In this document: piece by piece, positions 10,492 through 18,363 of the stretch
How positions within the stretch are numbered: position 1 is the first letter of the stretch
Layout: every line of letters begins with the position of its first letter
Source: an uncultured Desulfarculus sp.
GTDB lineage: Bacteria > Desulfobacterota > Desulfarculia > Desulfarculales > Desulfarculaceae
Assembly: GCA_963665125.2 (NCBI GenBank)
Contig: CAXXUK010000001.1
Location: 3,232,001 to 3,296,000, forward strand
Direction of reading: 5' to 3'
DNA: 64,000 nucleotides
Made by a program: the position numbers and the translations under genes
Notes under the pieces: model-generated
What the model saw: the letters and a program-made list of their open reading frames with translations, nothing else
Told to the model about the DNA's origin: nothing
The model's database searches: none

Positions 10492-11799
10492 CTAGGAGGC
10501 CGCCACCCGGCGATCTCCGCGGGGCTTGCGCCATCCGCCATAGGCCTTTTTACCCTTGGGCTTGAAGCTTTTTTGCCCGGCCGGGCGCTGCCTGGGCTTA
10601 TGCTGCCGGGGCTGGATTTGGGGCAGCCGGTCCATAGCCAGGTGAAAGGGCTGGTCCGTGTCCAGGGGTACGGTCTTGTTGATCAGCTTTTCGATGTCGC
10701 GCAGGAATCCGCGCTCGTCGCGGTCGCAAAACGAGATGGCGATGCCTTCGGCCCCGGCCCGGCCCGTGCGGCCGATGCGGTGCACATAGCTTTCCGGCTC
10801 GTTGGGCAGGTCGTAGTTGATGACATGGGTCACGCCGTCGACATCAATGCCCCTGGCCGCTATGTCGGTGGCCACCAGGACCCGGGCCTTGCCGCTGCGG
10901 AACTTGCCCAGGGCGGATTGGCGGGCGTTCTGTGATTTGTTGCCGTGAATGGCCTCAACGCGGACCTTGGTCTGGGCAAGCTGCTTGGCCACCTTGTCGG
11001 CGCCGTATTTGGTTCGGGTGAAAACCAAAACCCGGCTGGCTTCGCGGTCCTTGAGCAGTTCGTCGAGCAGGGCCCGTTTGTCGAGTTTGGCCACGAACAA
11101 GACCTTCTGGCTGATCTTCTCCACCGGCGTGGCCTGGCTCTTTACCGCGACCTTAATCGGCTCGAAGAGCATGTGGTCGGCCAGTTCGGCCACCTTGGGC
11201 GGCATGGTGGCCGAGAAAAAGGCCGTCTGCCTGCGCACCGGCAGTTCATCGACAATCTTGCCCACATCGGGCAAAAAGCCCATGTCCAGCATACGGTCAG
11301 CTTCGTCGAGGACGAAAAACTTAACTTCATCCAGGTCCAGGTGGCCCCGGCCCATCAAATCGAGCAGGCGGCCCGGCGTGGCCACCAAGACATCAAGGCC
11401 CCGCTCGCAGGCCCGTATCTGGTTGATCATGCCCACGCCGCCGTAGGCCACGGCAATATTAAGGCGCATGTTGCAGCCGTAATCACGGAAGCTGTCGGCC
11501 ACTTGCAGGGCCAGTTCCCTGGTGGGCGCCAAGACGAGGCAACGGGTGGAGCCCCGCCGGGGCCTACTGCGTATTTTACCCAGGTGTTCGAGGATGGGCA
11601 GGGCGAACGCGGCGGTCTTGCCCGTGCCGGTCTGGGCGCAACCCAGGATGTCCCGGCCCGTGAGCATGGGCGTTATAGCCTTTTGCTGAATCGGGGTGGG
11701 CGTCTTGTAGCCGAGTCTGCCGATGGCATTCATCAGAGGACTACAAAGATGAAAATCTTCAAATATTGTTTCGGTCATCAGGTTCTTTCGCCCGCTCAT
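10492..11799 (-). CDS. rhlE: DEAD-box RNA helicase, RhlE-like
   Basis: Q motif 'PTPIQ', 'AQTGTGKT', 'PTRELA', 'DEAD', 'SAT', 'ARGID', 'HRIGRTGR', basic C-terminal tail. Confidence 0.85.
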   Translation of the reverse strand: MSGRKNLMTETIFEDFHLCSPLMNAIGRLGYKTPTPIQQKAITPMLTGRDILGCAQTGTGKTAAFALPILEHLGKIRSRPRRGSTRCLVLAPTRELALQVADSFRDYGCNMRLNIAVAYGGVGMINQIRACERGLDVLVATPGRLLDLMGRGHLDLDEVKFFVLDEADRMLDMGFLPDVGKIVDELPVRRQTAFFSATMPPKVAELADHMLFEPIKVAVKSQATPVEKISQKVLFVAKLDKRALLDELLKDREASRVLVFTRTKYGADKVAKQLAQTKVRVEAIHGNKSQNARQSALGKFRSGKARVLVATDIAARGIDVDGVTHVINYDLPNEPESYVHRIGRTGRAGAEGIAISFCDRDERGFLRDIEKLINKTVPLDTDQPFHLAMDRLPQIQPRQHKPRQRPAGQKSFKPKGKKAYGGWRKPRGDRRVAAS

Positions 11800-11827
11800 T
11801 TATCGGGCTGTGTTCTCACTTTATATT

Positions 11828-11868
11828 AAAAGCCGATCCCGCCCCGGTTCCCCGGGACGGGATCGGCT
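11828..11868 (-). terminator. Intrinsic terminator after RRM gene 1
   Basis: AGCCGATCCCG...CGGGATCGGCT hairpin with T-tract on the minus strand. Confidence 0.75.
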
Positions 11869-11906
11869 ATCCGGACTTGTATGTTTGGCACTAGGCGGTT
11901 GGTCGC

Positions 11907-12179
11907 CTACCAGGAGCGGCGGGGCTGCCTGCGCTCGCGCTCGTGGGCCTCGTTGACCCGCAGGGCGCGGCCGTCAACTTCGGCTCCATCCAGAGCCCGC
12001 ATGGCCTCTTCGGCTGCCGCACCGTCCATCTCCACAAAACCAAAGCCACGGCTGCGGCCGGTTTCGCGGTCGGTGATGACCCGCGCGGAAAGAACTTCAC
12101 CATGCTGACCGAAGATTTCGGCGAGGGCGTCGTCGCCGACGCTCCAGGGCAGGTTGCCCACAAAAATCTTTTTGCTCAC
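11907..12179 (-). CDS. RRM (RNP-1) RNA-binding protein, copy 1
   Basis: RNP2 'IFVGNL', RNP1 'RGFGFVEM'; GTG start with GGGAG RBS. Confidence 0.95.
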   Translation of the reverse strand: MSKKIFVGNLPWSVGDDALAEIFGQHGEVLSARVITDRETGRSRGFGFVEMDGAAAEEAMRALDGAEVDGRALRVNEAHERERRQPRRSW

Positions 12180-12365
12180 TTTTAACGACTCCCAAAAACA
12201 GTAACACGCTCCTGTGTTTTATCTTGGGTAAACACGGGAGCAAACTCATCCAACGAGCCAAACTTTCAAGCTGAGCTGTGACGCGGCTGCGTCAAACGGA
12301 CTGATGCATGAAGGGCTAATTGGCACATGACATTAATAGATTAGCCTGTCAAACCTGATTGTCAA
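12180..12365 (-). promoter_or_regulatory. Sigma70-type promoter and conserved structured 5' leader of RRM copy 1
   Basis: TTGACA (12365-12360), 16 nt, TAATCT (12343-12338); leader conserved in all three copies. Confidence 0.65.
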
Positions 12366-12518
12366 GCAAAGAAACGATCAATTATTAAAAAACCAGGGCT
12401 TGTGGGGCGATTCAAGGTTCCGATCCGGCCCGGTGGAAATAATGAGCCGATACCGCTTTCATGATTTTGGAAGCGGTATCGGCCACAGAGCTTACATCCA
12501 GCTCACGTCAGGTAAAAC

Positions 12519-12794
12519 CTACCAGGAGCGGCGGGGCGGCCTGCTTTCGCGTTCGTTGGCCTCGTTGACCCGCAGGGCGCGGCCGTCAATATCAGCGCCG
12601 TCCAGGGCGCGCATGGCTTCTTTGACGGCAGCGGCATCGTCCATCTCGACAAAACCAAAACCGCGGCTACGGCCGGTCTCACGGTCGGTGATGACCCGCG
12701 CGGAAATGACTTCACCATGCTCACTGAACAGGCCGGCGAGAGCGTTGTCATCAACGCTCCAGGGCAGGTTGCCCACAAAAATCTTCTTGCTCAC
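12519..12794 (-). CDS. RRM RNA-binding protein, copy 2
   Basis: Same motifs as copy 1; GTG start at 12794 by alignment to paralogs. Confidence 0.95.
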   Translation of the reverse strand: MSKKIFVGNLPWSVDDNALAGLFSEHGEVISARVITDRETGRSRGFGFVEMDDAAAVKEAMRALDGADIDGRALRVNEANERESRPPRRSW

Positions 12795-12975
12795 TATACT
12801 TAACTCCAAAAAACGGTACTACTCCCCCGAGCTTTTAGCGCCCGTGGGGCGAATTTATCCAAAGAGCCGAACTTTCAATCAGTACATGTGACGCGTTAGC
12901 GCCAAAGGAACGGATATGCATGAAAGGCTGATTGGCACACAGAGTATAGATTATCCCACCCACCTCAATTGTCAA
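12795..12975 (-). promoter_or_regulatory. Promoter and structured 5' leader of RRM copy 2
   Basis: TTGACA (12975-12970), 16 nt, TAATCT (12953-12948). Confidence 0.65.
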
Positions 12976-13125
12976 GGGGAGAAGCGATAAAATCCTACAA
13001 AACCAGGGTTTGTTGGGCAATTTACCCGTAATAGCCGGCCTGATAAAAAAGAGCCGGTACCACTTCCAGGTTATTTGGAAGCGATACCGGCCACAGAGCT
13101 TATATCCGGCTCACGGCATGCATCC

Positions 13126-13401
13126 CTATCGGGGGCGGCGAGGCGGCCTGCTTTCGCGTTCGTTGGCCTCGTTGACCCGCAGGGCGCGGCCGTCAACTTC
13201 GGCGCCGTCCAGAGCGCGCATGGCTTCCTTGGCGGCACCGCCATCTTTCATCTCGACAAAACCGAAACCGCGGCTGCGGCCGGTCTCGCGGTCGGTGATG
13301 ACCCGCGCGGAAATGACTTCACCATGCTCATTGAACAGGTCGGCGAGAACGTTGTCATCAACGCTCCAGGGCAGGTTGCCCACAAAAATCTTCTTGCTCA
13401 C
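13126..13401 (-). CDS. RRM RNA-binding protein, copy 3
   Basis: Same motifs as copies 1-2. Confidence 0.95.
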   Translation of the reverse strand: MSKKIFVGNLPWSVDDNVLADLFNEHGEVISARVITDRETGRSRGFGFVEMKDGGAAKEAMRALDGAEVDGRALRVNEANERESRPPRRPR

Positions 13402-13584
13402 TTTTCTTAACTCCCAATAACGGTACTACTCCCCCACTTGTGTTTCTCCTGTGGGGTGAAGTTGTCCAATGAGCCGAACTTTCAATCTGTTCTTGTGACG
13501 TTTATACGCCAAACGGACCGATATGCACGAAGGGCTGATTGGAACACAGCGATCATAGATTAATCCGTTGTTGCTGTTTGTCAA
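13402..13584 (-). promoter_or_regulatory. Promoter and structured 5' leader of RRM copy 3
   Basis: TTGACA (13584-13579), 16 nt, TAATCT (13562-13557). Confidence 0.65.
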
Positions 13585-13700
13585 TGGGCGGATTGAAAAA
13601 ACCTTAAAAGTCGACGCGTTTTTCGGGATTTTTAATCCTTCAAACCGTTAAGGCCTTCTCCGCATGTGTAAAAGGGGCCATCCGGCATATGGCCTCCTGT

Positions 13701-14600
13701 CTACTTGACCAACAGTGTCTTAAGGTGGTTCCAGTCGATATTTTTTACAATATCCGCGGCGCGGTCATCGCTGGCTTGGATTTCCACCACAATGGTGTGC
13801 ACGGCCGTGTGCGGGCCAGGGACTTCTTCCGGTGACTCTAGGTAGTGGTTATCGCCGTCGCTGACCTCTTTCCAGCCTTTGCCCAACAGCACCGTGGTGA
13901 CGCCGTGTTCGGAAACCTCACCGGTGTATTGGTCTTCCCCAGGCGCTCTAAAGACTAACTTGATGCCGTCCAGCACCGGCAGGCGCTTCACGTTTTCAGG
14001 CAATGCGACATTGAAAAAGTTGAATTGTACCGAGATCATGGCTCCGATGTCCTGTACGGCGGTTCGGGCCATCATTTCCTCCACGCCGCTGGCCTTGGTC
14101 TCCATCCGCGCATTCAGTTTTTCGGCGACTTGCTCCATTTGCTTTTGTATCTTTTGGGTCTCAGCATAGTCCCCGCGTTCGGCCGCCTTGCCCGCCTGTG
14201 CGGCCAGCGCTTCTATCTGCTTGATCAGGGCCTCGTCGCCAGTGTCGGTTGTCATTGTGGCGGCGGCGCTTTCCAGCAATTTTCCCCGCTGGGCCTCCAT
14301 TTTGTCATGGGCCGGTCTGTTGAGCCATTCGGCATTGTATGTAATACTATACGGGCCGTCCTCCAAACCAACGACCACACGGTCGGGAGCGTCCAGCTCC
14401 GTCTGAAAAACGACTTCCCATCCGGGCGGTGGCGAAGGTATCGCCTTGTTGGCCGCGCCTACCACCTTGCTGTAGAACGCCCGCTCCTGGGCCGTCGCCA
14501 GCCGAGTCGAACCGTCGGCCCTGGCACTTTCGATTTGACCCGGTAAAAGCAAACAGAACATTGCCGCCGCAACCAAGCCATATACCCGTAAAGCCCTCAT
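13701..14600 (-). CDS. Secreted hypothetical protein with central coiled coil
   Basis: 299-aa ORF, signal-peptide-like N-terminus, helical E/Q/K/A-rich middle. Confidence 0.7.
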   Translation of the reverse strand: MRALRVYGLVAAAMFCLLLPGQIESARADGSTRLATAQERAFYSKVVGAANKAIPSPPPGWEVVFQTELDAPDRVVVGLEDGPYSITYNAEWLNRPAHDKMEAQRGKLLESAAATMTTDTGDEALIKQIEALAAQAGKAAERGDYAETQKIQKQMEQVAEKLNARMETKASGVEEMMARTAVQDIGAMISVQFNFFNVALPENVKRLPVLDGIKLVFRAPGEDQYTGEVSEHGVTTVLLGKGWKEVSDGDNHYLESPEEVPGPHTAVHTIVVEIQASDDRAADIVKNIDWNHLKTLLVK

Positions 14601-14885
14601 GGTGCTATTGCTCCAATTTCAAGTTCGTTACGATCCTCCTGGGATGGATTTTCATAATCCAACCCAAGACGAAAGTCACTACTTTTAAATGAGAGGAAAA
14701 AAGAAATTTTAGGCGGTTGTCGGCAGTTTCTCGGGCAGCCATTATTTTAGACATTCTATTCAGTTGGGCCCTTATTCTTCGTATTGGCTTTTGCTTAATG
14801 ATCAACTGGCCCACCAGGGGAGATTATGCCGCAGCTGGCTTCAACCAAACCTCGGAAACCCTGCCTGGCCGGCATTCCGCAAAGA

Positions 14886-14918
14886 AAAAGGCCCGCAAAA
14901 TAAAATTCGCGAGCCTTT
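14886..14918 (-). terminator. Probable terminator downstream of the original tRNA-Phe 3' end
   Basis: AAAGGC-CCGC...GCGA-GCCTTT imperfect hairpin just after the CCA end on the minus strand. Confidence 0.5.
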
Positions 14919-14926
14919 AATATTAC

Positions 14927-14975
14927 TGGTGCCGAGGGACGGAGTTGAACCGCCGACACGGGGATTTTCAGTCCC
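14927..14975 (-). tRNA. tRNA-Phe(GAA) 3' fragment only; island attachment site
   Basis: Reverse complement GGGA-CTGAAAA-TCCCC GTGTC GGCGG TTCAACT CCGTC CCTCGGC ACCA gives anticodon arm, T arm, acceptor 3' strand and CCA; D arm and 5' strand are absent. Confidence 0.9.
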
Positions 14976-15141
14976 ACCTGGCAGGGCGCGCAACGCTTCC
15001 TAATGACTGACAAAACACGTTGTAATGTCAAACGGTTATCCGCGATATAGCATGGCCAAAATGACCCTGTTTGTCCCCCCTTAACCCTGCATATCGTACA
15101 TAAAAGTTCAGAAAAAGTTCAGAACGGGCTGCGGGCTGAGC
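14965..15141. repeat. Island end module copy 1 (att core plus arm-like repeats)
   Basis: TTTTCAGTCCCACCTGGCAGGGCGC...TGTAATGTCAAA...AACCCTGCATATCGTACATAAAAGTTCAGAAAAAGTTCAGA; repeated at 26080 and 35351. Confidence 0.9.
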
Positions 15142-15303
15142 AAGAGACTACATAGCGAATGCAGCATAACTTGCGGTGCCGTCACCTGTTCGAGTTTAGC
15201 AAAATTCAGCCGACCCCCTTTGATGAGTTATATCTCTGATGGCGTGTTGGACATGGTTTAAGCCATAGCGTATACTATGTGTACATTGTAATGGAGAGTA
15301 TAC

Positions 15304-15543
15304 ATGGGTACGGTGACTGCAAGGATTCCTGAAGATATTGCCTCCAGCTTGGATGACTTGGCAGCGTCCACAAAACGAAGCAAGTCGTTTCTGGTGGCGG
15401 AAGCTATAAGGGTATATCTGGAGACCCATGCATGGCAGGTTTCCCGCACGATGGATAGCCTAGCACAGGCTGACAATGGCCAATTCGCGAGTCAGGAACA
15501 AGTAAAGGATGCTTTTGAGAAGTTGGGCCTAAAACTTGACTAA
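15304..15543 (+). CDS. CopG/RHH-family antitoxin
   Basis: 'TVTARIPEDIASSLDDLAASTKRSKSFLVAEAIRVYL' RHH pattern; overlaps downstream toxin. Confidence 0.85.
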   Translation: MGTVTARIPEDIASSLDDLAASTKRSKSFLVAEAIRVYLETHAWQVSRTMDSLAQADNGQFASQEQVKDAFEKLGLKLD

Positions 15544-15829
15544 ATCCCTGGCGATATTCTGGACGATCAACGCACTGAATGATTTGGGTTGTCTGCGACG
15601 TTACCTTGCGGATCAGGCTGGGCCAGCGATCATGCAATCAGAAGCCAGACGCATCTGGGACTCTGTGGCAAGATTGGCCGAATTTCCGGCCAGTGGTCGA
15701 CCTGGGAGGGTTCCGGGCACCAGAGAGCTTATTGTGCCGCCGTATGTACTCCCATATAGAGTGCGTGATGGCCGGGTTGAGATTCTGGACCTATTCCACT
15801 CGGCGCAGAATTGGGAGTTGAAGGAATAG
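15536..15829 (+). CDS. RelE/ParE-family toxin
   Basis: 'WT..ALNDL', 'FPASGRPGRVPGTRELIVPPYVLPYRV...EILDLFHSAQNW'. Confidence 0.9.
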   Translation: MTKSLAIFWTINALNDLGCLRRYLADQAGPAIMQSEARRIWDSVARLAEFPASGRPGRVPGTRELIVPPYVLPYRVRDGRVEILDLFHSAQNWELKE

Positions 15830-15933
15830 CCAGGGTGCCTGGCTGTTGTTGGCAAGGACGTTGTTCACACTTATCAATCTTTTGTCCATCGGCCTCATTT
15901 GTTACAATATGGATGTCTTCAAAAGGATGTGCC

Positions 15934-16253
15934 ATGGAAACGCCCAAATCCGAACCGGAATCCAAGCCCGTTTTGGATGAAATCAAGTCCAAGGCCATAC
16001 CCATTTTGAAGCGGCATGGCGTGGTGCGGGCCTCTGTTTTCGGATCGGTGGCCAGGGGCGATGCCGGGCCTGACAGCGACGTTGATTTCCTGATTGACGT
16101 AGGCGACAACCCCATGTCTCTTTTTGGGCTGCAACGCCTTGAAGACGAATTGGCGGCCAAACTGGGCCGCAAAATCGACCTGGCTTTTTATGACTGCATC
16201 AAAAAAAAAGAATCCGCGATAAAGTCCTCAGTCAGCAAGTAGCCGTGCTATGA
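15934..16253 (+). pseudogene. MNT nucleotidyltransferase antitoxin, frameshifted near C-terminus
   Basis: 'FGSVARGD...SDVD'; A9 run at 16201-16209 versus A7 in the intact copy shifts the last ~14 codons. Confidence 0.8.
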
Positions 16254-16494
16254 CCCGCGACCCCCTGCTGTACATTGATGACATTATTGAAAGCATAGAC
16301 GCTATTATTTCCCATCTGGATGATATGAGCTAGCAGGACTTTTGCGATTCCATTGGCACGAAATGATCGGCATGCGTAACCGCCTTGTCCATGACTACAT
16401 CAAAATCAGGCTAAAAACGCTCTGGGAAACTGCTCGAGATGATTTCCCCGGCCTGCGGCTACAGCTTGAATCTCTGCTTAAAAAAGAAGAGTAG
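16250..16494 (+). pseudogene. HEPN (DUF86/HepT-like) toxin remnant
   Basis: ATGA overlap with MNT; 'MTRDPLLYIDDIIESID', internal TAG, deletion, then 'WHEMIGMRNRLVHDY' (Rx4H motif). Confidence 0.85.
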
Positions 16495-16505
16495 CAACCG
16501 CCCCA

Positions 16506-16632
16506 TATGGGCTATCAAAATCCTCTGACGCCCAACCGATTGTTTGGCGTATCTGTGGTTCTCAACCATCCATCCCTTTGAGGATGGTAATGTCCGTATT
16601 ACCCGCGCCAGGTCAAAGTGGTCAAGCGGGTG
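16506..16632 (+). pseudogene. Collapsed remnant of the Fic-HTH (DUF4172-type) gene
   Basis: Three joined blocks matching the intact gene near 29676, 29951 (HPFEDGN) and 30266. Confidence 0.75.
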
Positions 16633-16639
16633 TTGGGTC

Positions 16640-17818
16640 CTATAAGGGCTCGGTCTCCAAACCTTGATTCAATATTTCTATGTATCGCTTGTAGCTGAAA
16701 ATACGATTTCTCTTCTGCTTGGTCAGTTCATTGATAATGCCGAGGTTAATGAGGTGCGCCAGGCATTTGTTGACCGTGGCTGCCGTGAGTCCGACTCGCT
16801 CTACCAAGGAACCGGCGGTTGCTATGGGCTGCTTGGTCAACTCGTGATGTATTTTAAGCGTGGAGGCGGAGGCCCGGCCCAGCCCTTTGATTTGTTCTTG
16901 ATCCTGCTTGGCCAAATCCGCTAGCTGCTGTGCGGTTTCCACGGCTTGGTTAGCTGTATAAATCACCGCTTCAGAGAAAAAATCCAGCCAAGCCTCCCAA
17001 TCTCCCGTCAGTCGAACGTTGTTGAGCAGTTCATAGTAATATTGCCGGTGCGTCTTGAAATAAAGGCTGAGGTAGAGCATCGGTTCGCTCAGCACCTTTT
17101 GATCGCACAGAAGCAGCGTTATAAGTAGACGACCCAGACGGCCGTTGCCGTCCAGGAAGGGGTGGATAGTCTCGAACTGCACATGGGCCAGGGCCGCCTT
17201 GAGCAGGACAGGCGTGGCTTCGGGCTGGTCGTGTAGAAACATTTCCAGCTGGCCCATGCACTCCATGACGTCCTCGGGTGGCGGTGGCACAAAAGCGGCG
17301 TTGCCGGGACGGGTGCCGCCAATCCAGTTTTGACTGCGGCGGAACTCGCCGGGAGTCTGATTGCCACCCCGTCCCTTGAAAAGAAGTACACCATGGATTT
17401 CCTTGAACAGACGAAGAGACAAGGGCAGGCCTTGCTTAAGAAGGCGCAGACCATGCTCCAGGGCCGCAACATAGTTGCTGACCTCACGGGCGTCTTCCAG
17501 GGGGACGCCGGGTTCTTGGTCAATCTCAAACAAGAGCAGGTCGGACAGCGACGACTGGGTGCCCTCTATCATGGAGGACAGCACGGCCTCCTTGCGGACA
17601 TACATGTACAGGAAAAGTGAGGTCTCGGGCAGTAATCGGCACACGCTGTCCAGACGGCCCAAGGCCAGAAGGGCTTGGTCGAACTTGTCTCTTAAATTTG
17701 GAGGCCAGTCTATGGGCGGATGTGGTGGCAACGGCGCTGGGATAAAAGCTTGCACTTTCTCGCCCACGGTGGTGATCGTTTTGTAATGCCCCTGGATTTT
17801 TCGCTTCATACCTGGCAC
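16640..17818 (-). CDS. Fic family protein (Fic/DOC N-terminal, Fic, C-terminal HTH)
   Basis: 'EAVLSSMIEG' inhibitory motif, 'HPFLDGNGRLGR'; start may be ATG 17809. Confidence 0.93.
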   Translation of the reverse strand: MPGMKRKIQGHYKTITTVGEKVQAFIPAPLPPHPPIDWPPNLRDKFDQALLALGRLDSVCRLLPETSLFLYMYVRKEAVLSSMIEGTQSSLSDLLLFEIDQEPGVPLEDAREVSNYVAALEHGLRLLKQGLPLSLRLFKEIHGVLLFKGRGGNQTPGEFRRSQNWIGGTRPGNAAFVPPPPEDVMECMGQLEMFLHDQPEATPVLLKAALAHVQFETIHPFLDGNGRLGRLLITLLLCDQKVLSEPMLYLSLYFKTHRQYYYELLNNVRLTGDWEAWLDFFSEAVIYTANQAVETAQQLADLAKQDQEQIKGLGRASASTLKIHHELTKQPIATAGSLVERVGLTAATVNKCLAHLINLGIINELTKQKRNRIFSYKRYIEILNQGLETEPL

Positions 17819-18084
17819 CTGAATCCTAAATTATGGCTTGCAGTTATTTTAGGTTAAATGGATATCGTAAATCAAGCCGGTGCATGGCGCTGTGTGAATG
17901 GCGGAGTAAACATGACCGGCCAAATCATCCTTAATCAAGCCGCCATACTGTCCAACAAATGGGGTCCACCGCTGGGAATAACACATTCCTTAAGTGTGGA
18001 GTACAGATCAGGACGAGACCGCACCGCCAAGGCAAAACAAAAAAGGCTCACGATCCATCAGGCCGTAAACCCTTGAAATCATTA

Positions 18085-18149
18085 TGGCGGAAGTGCATGG
18101 GAATCGAACCCACCTACCGCCTTACTCAGACGGTACACCGGATTTGAAG
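18085..18149 (-). tRNA. tRNA-Sec(UCA) 3' fragment only; probable att relic
   Basis: Reverse complement CTTCAAA TCCGG T GTACCGTCTGAGTAAGGCGGTA GGTGGG TTCGATT CCCAT GCACTTCC GCCA: UCA anticodon loop, long variable arm, T arm, GCCA end; 5' half absent. Confidence 0.8.
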
Positions 18150-18363
18150 GGAATCCCGCCGAGTTTCATAACCTCCTGTTATTGCGGCATAAACACCATC
18201 CAGGTGCATATCTGAGTGTGACGGTCTTATACGATTTTGGATTATGCCTGAGTCTGTCCTGGTTTTCGCCGCTCGGCACGGTGCGTTGACAACCGGAGCG
18301 GTTCGGGCATATGTAGGAGTAAAGCAGGGCAACCGGTTGAGGTTTCCATATCAAGGCAGGACA

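Larger units (their letters stand above)
14965..17910. repeat. ~2.9-kb diverged direct repeat, copy 1 (copy 2 at 26080-28976)
   Basis: Collinear near-identical end module, RHH, RelE, MNT, HEPN remnant, Fic and Fic upstream region. Confidence 0.95.

Noticed and set aside
1037..11829. Long antisense or alternate-frame ORFs over the antiporter, typA and rhlE
   Set aside because: Typical shadow ORFs of GC-rich coding DNA, with no motifs.
14927..15003. Complete functional tRNA-Phe
   Set aside because: Sequence beyond 14975 has no D arm or 5' acceptor strand; it is the island end module.
14605..15031. Short ORFs around the tRNA fragment
   Set aside because: They overlap the tRNA fragment and terminator and have no protein-like motifs.
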